Of a stretch of DNA of 64,000 nt, positions 10,283-20,353 are shown piece after piece. The stretch lies in the IMG/VR virus record IMGVR_UViG_3300037166_000075. The stretch is one strand, 5' to 3'. Position numbers and translations under genes: made by a program. The notes beneath the pieces were generated by a model, which saw only the letters and a list, made by a program, of their open reading frames with translations, was not told where the DNA came from and did no database searches. The stretch comes from an uncultured virus (IMG/VR IMGVR_UViG_3300037166_000075). Taxonomy: Duplodnaviria > Heunggongvirae > Uroviricota > Caudoviricetes. Position 1 is the first letter of the stretch. Every line of letters begins with the position of its first letter.

Positions 10283-10795
10283 TCAGAATGCTCCTGTCCC
10301 AAAGGCGCTTGCCCCGAACACGAATCCCGAGGCTCGACTGGGCGCCGCTGTTGCCGCGGCGCCGACCGTCACCGTCGTGCTCTGCACGGTGTTGCCGATC
10401 ACGATCTGCGGTGCCGTCCCGGCCAGCTTCAGGACCCAGCTCACCGTGACATCGAGGGCACCCGGACTTGCTGCACTGACGGTGCTGGTCACAGACTTCA
10501 CCGTGATCCGGGGTTCCCAGGTCGCCAGCGCGTTCGTCACCGTCCCGGCGATCGCCGACTGCGCGGCCTGGATTGGCTGGTCGAGGTACTGGGTGATGTC
10601 GCAGCCGAACGTCGGTCGGAACGGGTCCTCGCCGGGGATGGTGGTGAGGATGATGGCGATGCACTGGTTGACGTCATCGAGCGCCTGGACGATCGAGCCG
10701 ATCCCGGAGCCGGTCCCGCCGCCAGCCGTGGCGTCGAGTTCCAGCGACCAGTCGGCCGAGGTCACGTCGGCCAGGGTGGCGGTACCGGACATCAC
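10283..10795 (-). CDS. gpW/gp25-like baseplate wedge protein
   Basis: ILTT.PGEDPFRPTFG...WEPRI. Confidence 0.9.
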   Translation of the reverse strand: MMSGTATLADVTSADWSLELDATAGGGTGSGIGSIVQALDDVNQCIAIILTTIPGEDPFRPTFGCDITQYLDQPIQAAQSAIAGTVTNALATWEPRITVKSVTSTVSAASPGALDVTVSWVLKLAGTAPQIVIGNTVQSTTVTVGAAATAAPSRASGFVFGASAFGTGAF

Positions 10796-11413
10796 TTACC
10801 CCTGCGGACCAGAAGTCGTCGCTCCGCCACTCTGAACATCGCCGTGCACGTGCTGGGTGGCGCTGATCCCGATGGCCACCATGTCGCTGTCGCTGACGAT
10901 CTGGCCGTGGACCTTGATGGTGCCGTCGCCGTTCAGCTTGATGTAGGAGCCGGCCCTGTCCTGCAGCAGCACGGTGCCATCGCTGGCCAGTGCAATTTCA
11001 TTGCCGAGCGGGGTATTGATCGTGGCGCTTCCGCTGGTACCAAGCTGGACCGTGAGGGTGTGGGCCGCGGTGTCGTAGACGATGCTGGTGCCGTCGCTGT
11101 AGTCGGTCCTGTCCTGGGTATTGGTCGCGGCCTCGACTGGTGCGTCGACGCTCGACCACAGCTCGCCGTCGATGCTGCCGTTCTCGTCGTGCTCGTCGAG
11201 CGAGCACTTCACCTGCGCGCCGATCTCCGGTATGTGCCAGTGCTTCGTGCCCTGGGTGCCACGGGTCAGGACCTGGAGCCACCCGCTCTCGATGTTGTCG
11301 CGATCCGGGAACCGGACGCGCACGAATCCTTTGTACTGGGCCGTCCCGAGCGCGCTCACGATGCCGCTTCGGAACGTGACGTTCCGCGATTGTGCCCAGT
11401 ATTTATCTGCCAT
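10796..11413 (-). CDS. Baseplate spike gpV
   Basis: VRV.FPD...SGWL, P.IG.QV, terminal H-x-H. Confidence 0.9.
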   Translation of the reverse strand: MADKYWAQSRNVTFRSGIVSALGTAQYKGFVRVRFPDRDNIESGWLQVLTRGTQGTKHWHIPEIGAQVKCSLDEHDENGSIDGELWSSVDAPVEAATNTQDRTDYSDGTSIVYDTAAHTLTVQLGTSGSATINTPLGNEIALASDGTVLLQDRAGSYIKLNGDGTIKVHGQIVSDSDMVAIGISATQHVHGDVQSGGATTSGPQG

Positions 11414-11416
11414 CGC

Positions 11417-12502
11417 TCAGGTCCCCGGCGTTACGCCCGGCGAAGATGCGGCCTCGGTAATGTCCGCCCCGACGGTCTGGGCCGCCGTGCCGGTCACCAC
11501 GATATGCAGCGACAGCGCCGTGACCCACCCCTGGGTGGCGAGCCGGTGTTTGGCTCGCTCAATCATGTAAGTGCTGCTGTCGTACGTACCGAAGCCCGAG
11601 ACGTTCACTGTCATGCCGGCCCGATAAGTCATGGTTCCAGGCAACGAGATCTCGCCCGTGACCTTGCTCGCGTTGTGCTCGTGCAAGTAGGCTTGCGCGC
11701 GCAGTTGCGCCTGCTGGCCGTTCTCGACCCGCTCCACCGTCTTGAGGGTGTCGGCCGTTGGCACGTTGGTGGCGGTCGCGTGGCCGGTCACCAGCGCCTT
11801 GGTCGCGGGATCGAAATAGCTGACCTGCGCGGCCTTGTAGGTCTGCCGGCCGAGCGTCTGGTTCTTGAAGTCGAAGTTGATCACTCCCGTGCGGGAAATC
11901 GTCCCGACCGGCGCCACCGCTTCCAGTGCCGGGTGGCTGTAGAAGACCAGCTTGTTGTCCCGCACATTGAACTCGTAGTTGTGCGTGCTGGCGAGACGAT
12001 GCAGGAAGGCAAGATCGGGTTCCAGCGCCTGGGTGACGCGCCCGTAGGGGACATTCGGATCGACGGCATCGCCAACCACCGTGAAGCCGTGCCGGGCCGC
12101 CACCGTGCCGGCGATCTGCAACAGGGTCTGGCCCTCATAGGCGGCACTATTCGGGGTGCGGAGCGCCTGCGTGAGGCCGGCCTGGATAGCTTTGATGTGG
12201 AACTGGTCGGGCGGCCCCTTGAGGCCAAACTCATCGATCTGGAACGTCCCGACAGACTTCAGGGCGCTGCCGGCGTAACCGAGCGAGAGGTCGATCGTAT
12301 CCGTGATGGTGGGCGGATTGGCCTGCATCTGCTGCAGGGCATCGGTCAGCACGATCTCGATCGAGTTGGCCTGCTTGCCGACGGCCTCCTCGTAGGTGAT
12401 CTCGCTCAGGAAGGTGGCGAGCCGGCGCGTGATGTCGGTTCCGTTGTACAGCACGCGCCAGTCCGGCACCGGCAGCGCGAGGGATATCCCGGCGCCGCTC
12501 AT
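11417..12502 (-). CDS. Baseplate hub, gpD-like late control protein
   Basis: DIT, LGY, G.F.IDE....GPP, E.DLAFL.RLA motifs. Confidence 0.9.
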   Translation of the reverse strand: MSGAGISLALPVPDWRVLYNGTDITRRLATFLSEITYEEAVGKQANSIEIVLTDALQQMQANPPTITDTIDLSLGYAGSALKSVGTFQIDEFGLKGPPDQFHIKAIQAGLTQALRTPNSAAYEGQTLLQIAGTVAARHGFTVVGDAVDPNVPYGRVTQALEPDLAFLHRLASTHNYEFNVRDNKLVFYSHPALEAVAPVGTISRTGVINFDFKNQTLGRQTYKAAQVSYFDPATKALVTGHATATNVPTADTLKTVERVENGQQAQLRAQAYLHEHNASKVTGEISLPGTMTYRAGMTVNVSGFGTYDSSTYMIERAKHRLATQGWVTALSLHIVVTGTAAQTVGADITEAASSPGVTPGT

Positions 12503-12506
12503 GCGA

Positions 12507-13046
12507 TCAGCCGCCGCTCTGCGCGATGCAGACGTACTGCAGCTTGTTGCCGTTTGCGGACGTCTGGGTCGTCGAGATGGCGGTCGCCGAGGTCACGTAG
12601 CTCTGCGAGGCCAGCGGAGTAGCGATCCAGCTCACCACGCAGTACGGGGCCGCGTTGTAGGGCTGGGCGAAGGTGATGACGCAGCCGGTCGCGGAAGTTC
12701 CCATGGTCACGATCCCGGCGGTGTCGGTGCCGGCGATCGAGGGCGAGGTGCCACAGCTCGACAGGGTCGGGGCCGCGCTCTGGGCCGAGACCAGGTGGGC
12801 CGGGGCGGAGGTCGTGGTGCCGAACGCCTGGCCGGCGAGCGCGGCGGGGCTGGTGACGCCGTTGTTACCGGCAAGCCCGATGCCCACCGTGTTGGCGGTG
12901 GTCGGCGGGGTCTGGTAGATGACGGCGCGCAGCTGCCCGGTCGCGGGCGACTGTGCCTGCGTCGCCACGGCACCGCCGAGGCAGCCAATCAGGACCGCGG
13001 CGGCGGCGAGTTTCAGCACTGCGGGGAAGCGGAAGCGGAAGCGCAT
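12507..13046 (-). CDS. Exported Cys-containing small beta protein inside the baseplate operon
   Basis: AGGAG RBS; basic and hydrophobic leader (TQA-Q cleavage or LIGC lipobox); 4 Cys in the mature part. Confidence 0.65.
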   Translation of the reverse strand: MRFRFRFPAVLKLAAAAVLIGCLGGAVATQAQSPATGQLRAVIYQTPPTTANTVGIGLAGNNGVTSPAALAGQAFGTTTSAPAHLVSAQSAAPTLSSCGTSPSIAGTDTAGIVTMGTSATGCVITFAQPYNAAPYCVVSWIATPLASQSYVTSATAISTTQTSANGNKLQYVCIAQSGG

Positions 13047-13114
13047 CGTGGTCTCCTGGATCTGAGGGGAGGGGGAAGGCGTTTCTGAAGCTGAGGCGTC
13101 GGCGGGCGCGGGGC

Positions 13115-13399
13115 CTAGCCCCAAGGCGTCGTGCTGGCCGGCGCCGCTGGCGGCGGCAGAATTCCGCCCTGGATCACGGTGCCCTGCGGGATCTGGCAGA
13201 CGATCGGGACGGCCGGGTTGGCCATCACCAGGACGTTGATCTGCGTCGGATCGCCGTAGAGCTTCCACGCCACGGTGTCCCATCGCTCATTCAGGCCGGT
13301 CGTGTAGACGGCGTTCGGGGCCGCGGGCGCCGGCGTGCCGGATGCTGGCAGCAGCCCGTAGGCGAGGGCGAACTCGGCCGCCGTCATGGGTGTGGTCAT
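13115..13399 (-). CDS. Tail protein X (LysM-like)
   Basis: ERWDTVAWKLYGD...ANP...PW. Confidence 0.85.
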   Translation of the reverse strand: MTTPMTAAEFALAYGLLPASGTPAPAAPNAVYTTGLNERWDTVAWKLYGDPTQINVLVMANPAVPIVCQIPQGTVIQGGILPPPAAPASTTPWG

Positions 13400-13929
13400 G
13401 CCGACCTCGTGGCTGTGGACAGTGGCGCGTCCGCGAAGTCTCCGGCCACCGGGGCCGACGCGGGCGCTGGCGCCTGGAGCGGGGTTGCACCAGGGCCGGC
13501 CGTCGTGGTTCCGAGTGCGTTGGCGTTGGTCTGGACGGTGGGAGCCGAGGCCGGCAGCGTACCGGCCCATTGCAGCAGCGACAGTTCGCATCGCGCCGCG
13601 ATCAGGGTGCCGTCATCGGCCCGCCAGACGTCCCGCTGCCGCAGGTTGGTGATCACGTAGTTGCCCTTGTTCTCGACCCCGATCACCATGGGCGCGGGCT
13701 GATGCAGGGTCCGCTGCTGCTGCAGGTCGGCGATCGCGGACGTGGGATCGCACCACATCTGGTGCAGATAGATGCCAAGCTCGATCCTGGTCAGGTCATC
13801 GAAAATCCACTGCAGAACGGGCGGGCCCTTGATGACGTCGATCTTGGCATAGTGAGACTCGTCCTCAAACGACAGCTTGTCCGGGCCGCCCAGAACTGTG
13901 AACCCGATACCGCCGAATGCGCCGAACAT
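13396..13929 (-). CDS. P2 gpU-like tail protein
   Basis: MFGAFGGIGF start, P.LQW, G.YVI; follows TMP. Confidence 0.85.
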   Translation of the reverse strand: MFGAFGGIGFTVLGGPDKLSFEDESHYAKIDVIKGPPVLQWIFDDLTRIELGIYLHQMWCDPTSAIADLQQQRTLHQPAPMVIGVENKGNYVITNLRQRDVWRADDGTLIAARCELSLLQWAGTLPASAPTVQTNANALGTTTAGPGATPLQAPAPASAPVAGDFADAPLSTATRSA

Positions 13930-13947
13930 CTGCCGGTTCCCCTGCGA

Positions 13948-16056
13948 TCAGTAGGCGGGGCTGAAGCGGCTGTCGCCGAAGTTCAGCCGCGCATCTTCGT
14001 CGGCCGAAGTCGGATTGAGTCTCTGCATCAGGCTCCGGTGCACGTCGGCCACAGCCGCCGCAGCAGCCTGCGGGGCCGTCGCGCCGGTCACGGTCTGGTT
14101 GATCGTGATGTTCGCCGGCGCGCTGACCGAGTTGTTCACCGTGGCAGATACCGGCGCCGGCGAGGCCGCCGGAGTGCCGCCGGCCCAGGTGGGCAGCACG
14201 GACCGCGCCGCGCCGGTGACGGCCCCGACAGCCGAGGACGCGGCCCCGCTCACCGCGCTCTTGACGCTCTTGGCGGCTTCCGAGATGGCCTTGACCTTGT
14301 TGTCCATCCACTCGGCCGCTTGCCGGACATCTTCGATGACGGGTCTGATCTTGTCCCACGCGGCCTGGAAGACCCCGACCACGGCGTCCCACATGGTCTT
14401 GAAGAAGTCCGAAACGGGTTGCCATGCCCCGACGATCGCCGTCGCGGCTTCAGCGAAGTAGCGCTTGATATCCTGCCAGTGGTCGTAGACCAGGACCGCG
14501 GCATCGACGAGCCAACCGAACGGCCCCGCGATGGCGGCCACGATCGCCATATGGTTCCTGATCCAGTCCACGGCCTCGGAGAAGTACCGCTTGATGTCCT
14601 CCCAGTGGTTGTAGATCGCGATCGCGGCCTCGCTGATGCCGCCGGTCATGATCGCGAGCGCGGTCCTGATCCCCTCGATGTGCTCCCGGCACCAGGCCAC
14701 GCCTTCCGCGAACCATTGCTTGATCTTGTCCCAATGTTCGTAGATCTCGAAAGCCGCAACCGCGATGGCCGTTACCAGCAACCCGATCGGGTTCGCGGTC
14801 ATCGCGACTTTGACGGCCATCATGCCCGCCTTCACCGCCACGAGGGACGAGTGGACGATGTAGAAGGCGCCCCCGAGCGCGATGGCGCCCGATGCGAGAC
14901 CCGCGATCGCGGATGCGAACTCGGTGATGTGAGGGTGCTCCTCCGCGAACTGCCGCACTGCCCCGAGCACGTCGGTCAGGCCGTGGGCGAAGTCGGCGAT
15001 CGGAGCCAGCAGCGGCGTCCCGAACGCGACCGCCAGGTCCGTCACGGCGTTATGGAGGTTGGCGAGCTGTGCCGCGAGGGTTTCCTGTTGCTTCGCTGCT
15101 TCGGCGGCAGTCGAGCCCGCAGCGTTCGCCAGGTCCTGCGTGCCCTTGGTGATGTCCCCGACATGATCGACCATCAGGGCCAGGAGCCTGCCGGACGGCC
15201 CGAGCTTCTTTTCAAACGCCTCCAGGGCGGCCGGGCCGCGATCGTGCAGATGCTCAATCGTCGTGGTCAGATCGATCGTGCCGTCGCGGAAGTGATAGAG
15301 CGCGAACCCCGCCTCGCGGATTGCCGGGACGCCGTCCTTGCCGGCCTTGAGCATCGCCTCCGCGAGCGTGCCGAAACTCACGCCGGCGTTGCGCGCGGCA
15401 CCGGACTTGCTCAACGTCTCGACCGCCGCCAGCGACTGATCGATGTTGAGGCCGAGTTGCTTCGCGGTACCGGCGGTGTTGGCGAGCTCGCGCGCCATCT
15501 GCTGGGCGCCCCCGACGTTGGGCATCGCCTTCACCATCGCGGTGATCTTGTCGGCGACGTCCTGCATCCGTTCGGCGACTGGCTTGGCCTGGTCGCCCAT
15601 GGTCTCCATGGCGGGGCCAAGGATCTTGGAAGCTCCCTCGGCCGAGGTGCCGATCACGTTGGCGAACTGCGCCGTCGTGGCCATGGTCTCTTTCGCGGCG
15701 TCGAGCGAGCCCGTGTACTTGGACATCGCGGTCTGGGCGGCCGTGATGTCCTCGGCGCTGCGGGCATAGGTGGTGGAAAGGCTATCTGCCTGTTCCTGCG
15801 CCTCCTTGAGCTGGTCGGCCGTCGCGCCGGTCGCCTGTGCGAGCCGCACCTGCGCCTGCTGCATTTCCTCGGCTGGCCCGATGACGTGCTCCAGCACCTC
15901 GTAGCCGACGAACGCCGCCGCGGCCGCCTTGCCGATCCTGCCGACCGATTCCTTGAATCCCTCGGCATGCTCCTTGATCTCGTTCAGTGGCCCACTGAAC
16001 TTGTCCCGGAGTTCGACGAGGAACTGCAGGACGCCGGCATTGCTTTCGTCAGCCAT
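13948..16056 (-). CDS. Tape measure protein
   Basis: L.DKFSGPL start; ANPIG; IY.HW..IK..F repeats. Confidence 0.92.
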   Translation of the reverse strand: MADESNAGVLQFLVELRDKFSGPLNEIKEHAEGFKESVGRIGKAAAAAFVGYEVLEHVIGPAEEMQQAQVRLAQATGATADQLKEAQEQADSLSTTYARSAEDITAAQTAMSKYTGSLDAAKETMATTAQFANVIGTSAEGASKILGPAMETMGDQAKPVAERMQDVADKITAMVKAMPNVGGAQQMARELANTAGTAKQLGLNIDQSLAAVETLSKSGAARNAGVSFGTLAEAMLKAGKDGVPAIREAGFALYHFRDGTIDLTTTIEHLHDRGPAALEAFEKKLGPSGRLLALMVDHVGDITKGTQDLANAAGSTAAEAAKQQETLAAQLANLHNAVTDLAVAFGTPLLAPIADFAHGLTDVLGAVRQFAEEHPHITEFASAIAGLASGAIALGGAFYIVHSSLVAVKAGMMAVKVAMTANPIGLLVTAIAVAAFEIYEHWDKIKQWFAEGVAWCREHIEGIRTALAIMTGGISEAAIAIYNHWEDIKRYFSEAVDWIRNHMAIVAAIAGPFGWLVDAAVLVYDHWQDIKRYFAEAATAIVGAWQPVSDFFKTMWDAVVGVFQAAWDKIRPVIEDVRQAAEWMDNKVKAISEAAKSVKSAVSGAASSAVGAVTGAARSVLPTWAGGTPAASPAPVSATVNNSVSAPANITINQTVTGATAPQAAAAAVADVHRSLMQRLNPTSADEDARLNFGDSRFSPAY

Positions 16057-16488
16057 GGGGGGTGCCTGGTTTGGCTTCGCAGTCCCGCAGTGCCTCGGCC
16101 CAGAAGAAGATGTCGCCGATCGTCATGCGGCTCAACTCACTGGGCTGGATGTTGGCCCGCACTAGACTCCCGAGGAGGGCGCGGCTTGGGGCTCGGGAGC
16201 CTCCATGGGGGAGTCGTCTTCATTCAGCTTCTGGAACACCTTGCTGATCCGGGTGATGACTCCAAGCGGCAGGCGCCGGAATGTGTCGTAGGTCATCTGG
16301 ACGCCGTCGATCGCGACGCAGCGGGCCGTCAGCGCATAGTACTGCTCAACCGATGAGGCATCGGCAGGGGCGGACTTGAGGGCCTGGATGCTGTCGTCAC
16401 CGGTGGCTTGGCGGATCACCGCGACACGGCCGCGCGATAGCGGCACCCTTGTGGTCGGGACCGTGGGATCGGGGACTTCAACCATCAT
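16049..16488 (-). CDS. Tail assembly chaperone gpE (16162-16488) with predicted -1 frameshift extension gpE'
   Basis: The -1 frame reads ...ANIQPSELSRMTIGDIFFWAEAL...stop overlapping the TMP start; C5 run at 16207-16211. Confidence 0.75.
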
Positions 16489-16512
16489 GGCGGAGTTTCC
16501 TTGTGTTGCTGA

Positions 16513-17037
16513 TCAGGCGCCGAGGTTCGCGCGATACTGTGCGAGCTGATCGACGCCATTGACGACGTATTGATTCGAGAGCGAGTCGAAGAGCAGGATC
16601 TGCTGGCCGGCGAGCGAGTAGTCGATGTGGTAGACCGACGCGACGCTGCTGTACTCGGCGTTGGCCTGCGCCTTGAGGTCGATCGGCCCGGGGTCCTTGA
16701 AGATCACGGTCATGTTGCCGGAGACCGGCAGATCCTGGATCAGCCCCGTTGACGCGATGACCTGTGCGTCGGCCATGAACGTGAGGGCCGTCATGCCATT
16801 GGTGTTGTTGATGTTGGTCAGGACATCGGCATCGAATGACGTCCACTTCAGGGTCGTCTCGAGCTTCTCGAACCCGACCGGCACCTCGATCTGGCCGGCC
16901 ATGCCGAGCGACTTGTAATCGACCATGACACGCTTTGGCTGTGGGATCTTGAACTCCGCCATTCGGCCGAGCAGGTCTGTACCGTTCAGCAGCACGTTGC
17001 AGTTCCACAGCGTGGTCACAGAAATGAGCTGCGCCAC
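16513..17037 (-). CDS. Major tail tube protein (P2 FII-like)
   Basis: GMAG.IEVP.G.EKLE; NG.DQLA.YR.NLG end. Confidence 0.9.
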   Translation of the reverse strand: MAQLISVTTLWNCNVLLNGTDLLGRMAEFKIPQPKRVMVDYKSLGMAGQIEVPVGFEKLETTLKWTSFDADVLTNINNTNGMTALTFMADAQVIASTGLIQDLPVSGNMTVIFKDPGPIDLKAQANAEYSSVASVYHIDYSLAGQQILLFDSLSNQYVVNGVDQLAQYRANLGA

Positions 17038-17093
17038 CGTACTCTCCTATGTCTGGGTTGCGTGGCGCCGGGGTGCCACCGTTCCTTGGCGCG

Positions 17094-19415
17094 TTACGTG
17101 GAGGACTGCGAGGACGTCAGGCTGTTCAGCAGCGAGGTGTCGACCGTGAAGTTGTAGGTGATGTCCTCGGCGGGGGGCGGCGGCATCAGGTTGATCGCGA
17201 AGACGATGATGCCGGCCGCGAGCTGGGTCGCGGGGTTATCGCCCGAGTTGAACGAGATCTTGGAGCCCGGCAGCAGGCCGCCCTGCCGGATGACGTCGCG
17301 CAGATAGGCGTTCACCGAGCCCAGCACCGAGTTGATCAAGCCGCTGGTGATCGGCAGATCGACGAACTGCAGGCTGGCCTGCTGGATCGATACCTCGATG
17401 ACGTCGAGCACCATCCGGACGGCCAGGAATGTCCTGGCGTCGGTGTAGGTCGGGTATGCGGACGACCGGTTGCCCCAGGTCCGCAAGCCGGTCGCGAAGG
17501 CGTTGAAGACTGTGATGATCCCGGCCGCGTTCAGGTTGTTGGTGTCGCTGTCCTGATCGGTCGCGGACATGTAGATCGGCACGTCGGGGCCGGTCGGATC
17601 GGTCAGCACGGTGTTGCTGGGCGAGTACCAGAACCCATTGTTGACGATCCTGGACGACCAGGCCCCAGCCACGAGGGCGGAATACGGGGCCTCGGCCGTG
17701 GCGTCGACCACGGGATTCACGACCACGCCCGCGGCGTTGATCATCGTGGCGGTCGGATCGATACCCAGATCCTCGAATTTCTCGCACGGGAAGCAGTGGC
17801 CGACCCGATAATCCGTGATCCCGAAGGCTGTGGTCGTGTCCGAACGACTTGCCAGCGCTGTCGCGACACTGACATTGGGCGCGGAATCATCGAGCGAGAT
17901 CCCGCGCAGCGTGTTGGCAATCACCTCCAGGGCGGACGCTACGGGCCGATCCTGCGAGCCGGCGTTGCCGGCATAACCGGGCGCGATCAGGATCCGCGGC
18001 GTGAAGCCGAACTTGCTCATTGCGAGCTGCCACGCCTGCATGCCCGTGTATTGGCCGCCCGTCACGGCCCCGATCAGGTCGGAGTCTTGGACTTGCGAGG
18101 GATCGCAGTACGCGTACGAAACCGAGAGGGCCAGGCTCGGCGCGATGGCACCGCCGGACTCGGCATAGATCAGGCCGTTGACGTAATCGACCGTATAGTC
18201 GGTGTTCTCGACGTAGGTCGGCGATCCGCCGGCCGCCTTCACCACGACGGTGCTGGGGGGGCCGGCCCAGGTCATGTTGAAGGTAGCGCCCGTCCCCGCG
18301 CCGCTGCTGCTGGCCTGCGCAACCGGATTGGCTGGCACTGCCGTGTAGGAGCCGGCGGTCGACACGGTAGCGGCCAGGATGCCGAATACGGCGGCGTTGA
18401 AGGTAGCGCCCGTCCCCGCGCCGCTGCTGCTGGCCTGCGTGAAGGTGGCGCTGTTGGCCGTGTATTTGCCCGGATTGACGACCGAGAAGGTGTTGACGCC
18501 CATGACCAGCGACAGTGCGGCGCCGGTCAGGCCCGCACCGGTCACCGGCTCGTCGGTCAACGTGGTCGGGTTGACCGTATAGGCGCCGGCCACCGAGATG
18601 GACCCGACCGCCGTGATGGCGCCACCGGAAACGGTCACGCTGGCCTGGAACTTCGTGCCGGAGCCGGTCGTGCCCGTGACGGTCTGGGTGCCGTTGGTGC
18701 CACCGGTGCCGCCCGCCGCTATGGTGGCGGACACGACCTGAGTGGTATCGACCGTGACCTGGCCCGCGACCGTCGAGGTCCCGCCCGCGAGCACGATCCC
18801 GGCGCCCGGCGCATAGCTGTGGGTGGCGGCGCCGCCCGGGGCGTTGAGGCCGAGCGAGACGATCTGCGTGGACGCTACCGTCAGGACCGTCGCCGGGATC
18901 ATGGAGGTGCTGGGGGTCCCGCCCGCGAGCGTCACGGTGTCGCCGTGGGCATAGCTGTGGTTCGTCTGGCCACCCGGTGTCGCGACGACATCGACGGCCG
19001 CGGTGCTGAGCGGCGTGTTGGGCAGTCCGGGGCCGATCAGGCCCATGTGGCCGACGCTGACGTACTGGGTCCCGCTGGCCGGCATCGCGAGCGTCTGACC
19101 ACTGACCTGGGTGTTGTGGATCAGCGGATTGAAGACGTTGACGGCGATGACCTGACCAACGCCCTTGGCGCCGGCCTGGTCGAGGATGTGCTGCAGCGCG
19201 TACGGGATCGAGTAGCCCTCGATCATCGGCCCCAACATGCTCTGGGCCGACTTGCTGTTGACCAGGAAGGGCTGGTTGGGGGCGGGCGGGGTGCCGGACT
19301 GGACGTCCCAGCTTGGCGCCGACCCGACCAGGCCGATGACCGCAGCCTTGACGGACTGGATCGACACGCCACCGGCCAGCGTCTCGGTGATCGTGATGCC
19401 ATGGAAAAAGCTCAT
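17094..19415 (-). CDS. Tail sheath protein with G/T-rich insertion
   Basis: FFHGI..E, VIGLVG.AP, GFWYSPSN, WGNR, PPP.E.I.Y; exact 44-bp repeat 18276-18319/18396-18439. Confidence 0.93.
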   Translation of the reverse strand: MSFFHGITITETLAGGVSIQSVKAAVIGLVGSAPSWDVQSGTPPAPNQPFLVNSKSAQSMLGPMIEGYSIPYALQHILDQAGAKGVGQVIAVNVFNPLIHNTQVSGQTLAMPASGTQYVSVGHMGLIGPGLPNTPLSTAAVDVVATPGGQTNHSYAHGDTVTLAGGTPSTSMIPATVLTVASTQIVSLGLNAPGGAATHSYAPGAGIVLAGGTSTVAGQVTVDTTQVVSATIAAGGTGGTNGTQTVTGTTGSGTKFQASVTVSGGAITAVGSISVAGAYTVNPTTLTDEPVTGAGLTGAALSLVMGVNTFSVVNPGKYTANSATFTQASSSGAGTGATFNAAVFGILAATVSTAGSYTAVPANPVAQASSSGAGTGATFNMTWAGPPSTVVVKAAGGSPTYVENTDYTVDYVNGLIYAESGGAIAPSLALSVSYAYCDPSQVQDSDLIGAVTGGQYTGMQAWQLAMSKFGFTPRILIAPGYAGNAGSQDRPVASALEVIANTLRGISLDDSAPNVSVATALASRSDTTTAFGITDYRVGHCFPCEKFEDLGIDPTATMINAAGVVVNPVVDATAEAPYSALVAGAWSSRIVNNGFWYSPSNTVLTDPTGPDVPIYMSATDQDSDTNNLNAAGIITVFNAFATGLRTWGNRSSAYPTYTDARTFLAVRMVLDVIEVSIQQASLQFVDLPITSGLINSVLGSVNAYLRDVIRQGGLLPGSKISFNSGDNPATQLAAGIIVFAINLMPPPPAEDITYNFTVDTSLLNSLTSSQSST

Positions 19416-19505
19416 CGGAGCCTCCGATTTCTGTCTGCCGCAGCTACGCGGATTGCCCGACGCCGCGGCAAAGCGCGGCGCTCATCGGTCGAGGGGTGGC
19501 GTTGA

Positions 19506-20348
19506 TCAGGGAGCCGTGACGGTATCGAGGACTGGCGCCGTGGTGATCTGCACCGTCATGTCCGGCGCCAGGATGCCGGACGGCACGATGCTGAAAGTCC
19601 CGACCACGGCGGCAAAATTGTAATCGCGATCCAGGCGCGCCGGCACGCCTCCTGGAGCCGCCTCGGTGGCCGGAGCCATCACCGAGACCACGATGGTGTT
19701 CGGCGGAAGTGTCAGCGTGCCATCTTGCGCGATCGTCATGGTTGCCGTGACCGCGCCGGCGAATGTCGAGACCAGATCGGTGATCTGCTTCAGGTTCGCC
19801 AGCAGCATCTCGGGTGCCTGCTGGGGCCGCAGCGTCACGACGTTGAGCGTCATCCGGTAGTCCCAGACCTTACCTTCGGGATCCTGCTGGGTGTAGCGCT
19901 CGTCGGTGAAGTAGGCGTTCCGGCATCCCGTCGGTCGGAAGCCGGTCAGCGCCGCCTCGACGGCATCATTCAGCGCGAAGACGGATCCTGGTCCAAGCAA
20001 CGCCCATGCAGTCGTGCGCGCCAAGATGTGGATCTCGAACTCGATGGTGCGTTCCTGCAGCATCGCGGTGGAGTTGATGGGCTGGCCTAGGCGCGTGCTC
20101 GAATACGCCACCAGCAGGAACGCGATCGACTTGCTGGCCCACCACTTGTCGAGATCGTAGTTGGGAAACTCGTAGACGCCGATCGAGGCGAGGTTTGCCT
20201 TTGCCAGGAAGCTGCGAAGCTGCCCGGCGATCTGATCCTGGATCGCCCCGACGTCCATCGGCGAGGGCGGCGTGTATCGGCGTCCGAACCAAGCAACAGG
20301 GTCGATCTCGACCGGGAGGCTACCGTAGGTCGGCACGTTGTCAGACAT
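19506..20348 (-). CDS. Mu gp37-like tail completion/terminator protein
   Basis: LLVAY..., ALTGF.P.GC, G.VW.Y; upstream of sheath. Confidence 0.6.
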   Translation of the reverse strand: MSDNVPTYGSLPVEIDPVAWFGRRYTPPSPMDVGAIQDQIAGQLRSFLAKANLASIGVYEFPNYDLDKWWASKSIAFLLVAYSSTRLGQPINSTAMLQERTIEFEIHILARTTAWALLGPGSVFALNDAVEAALTGFRPTGCRNAYFTDERYTQQDPEGKVWDYRMTLNVVTLRPQQAPEMLLANLKQITDLVSTFAGAVTATMTIAQDGTLTLPPNTIVVSVMAPATEAAPGGVPARLDRDYNFAAVVGTFSIVPSGILAPDMTVQITTAPVLDTVTAP

Positions 20349-20353
20349 CGACA

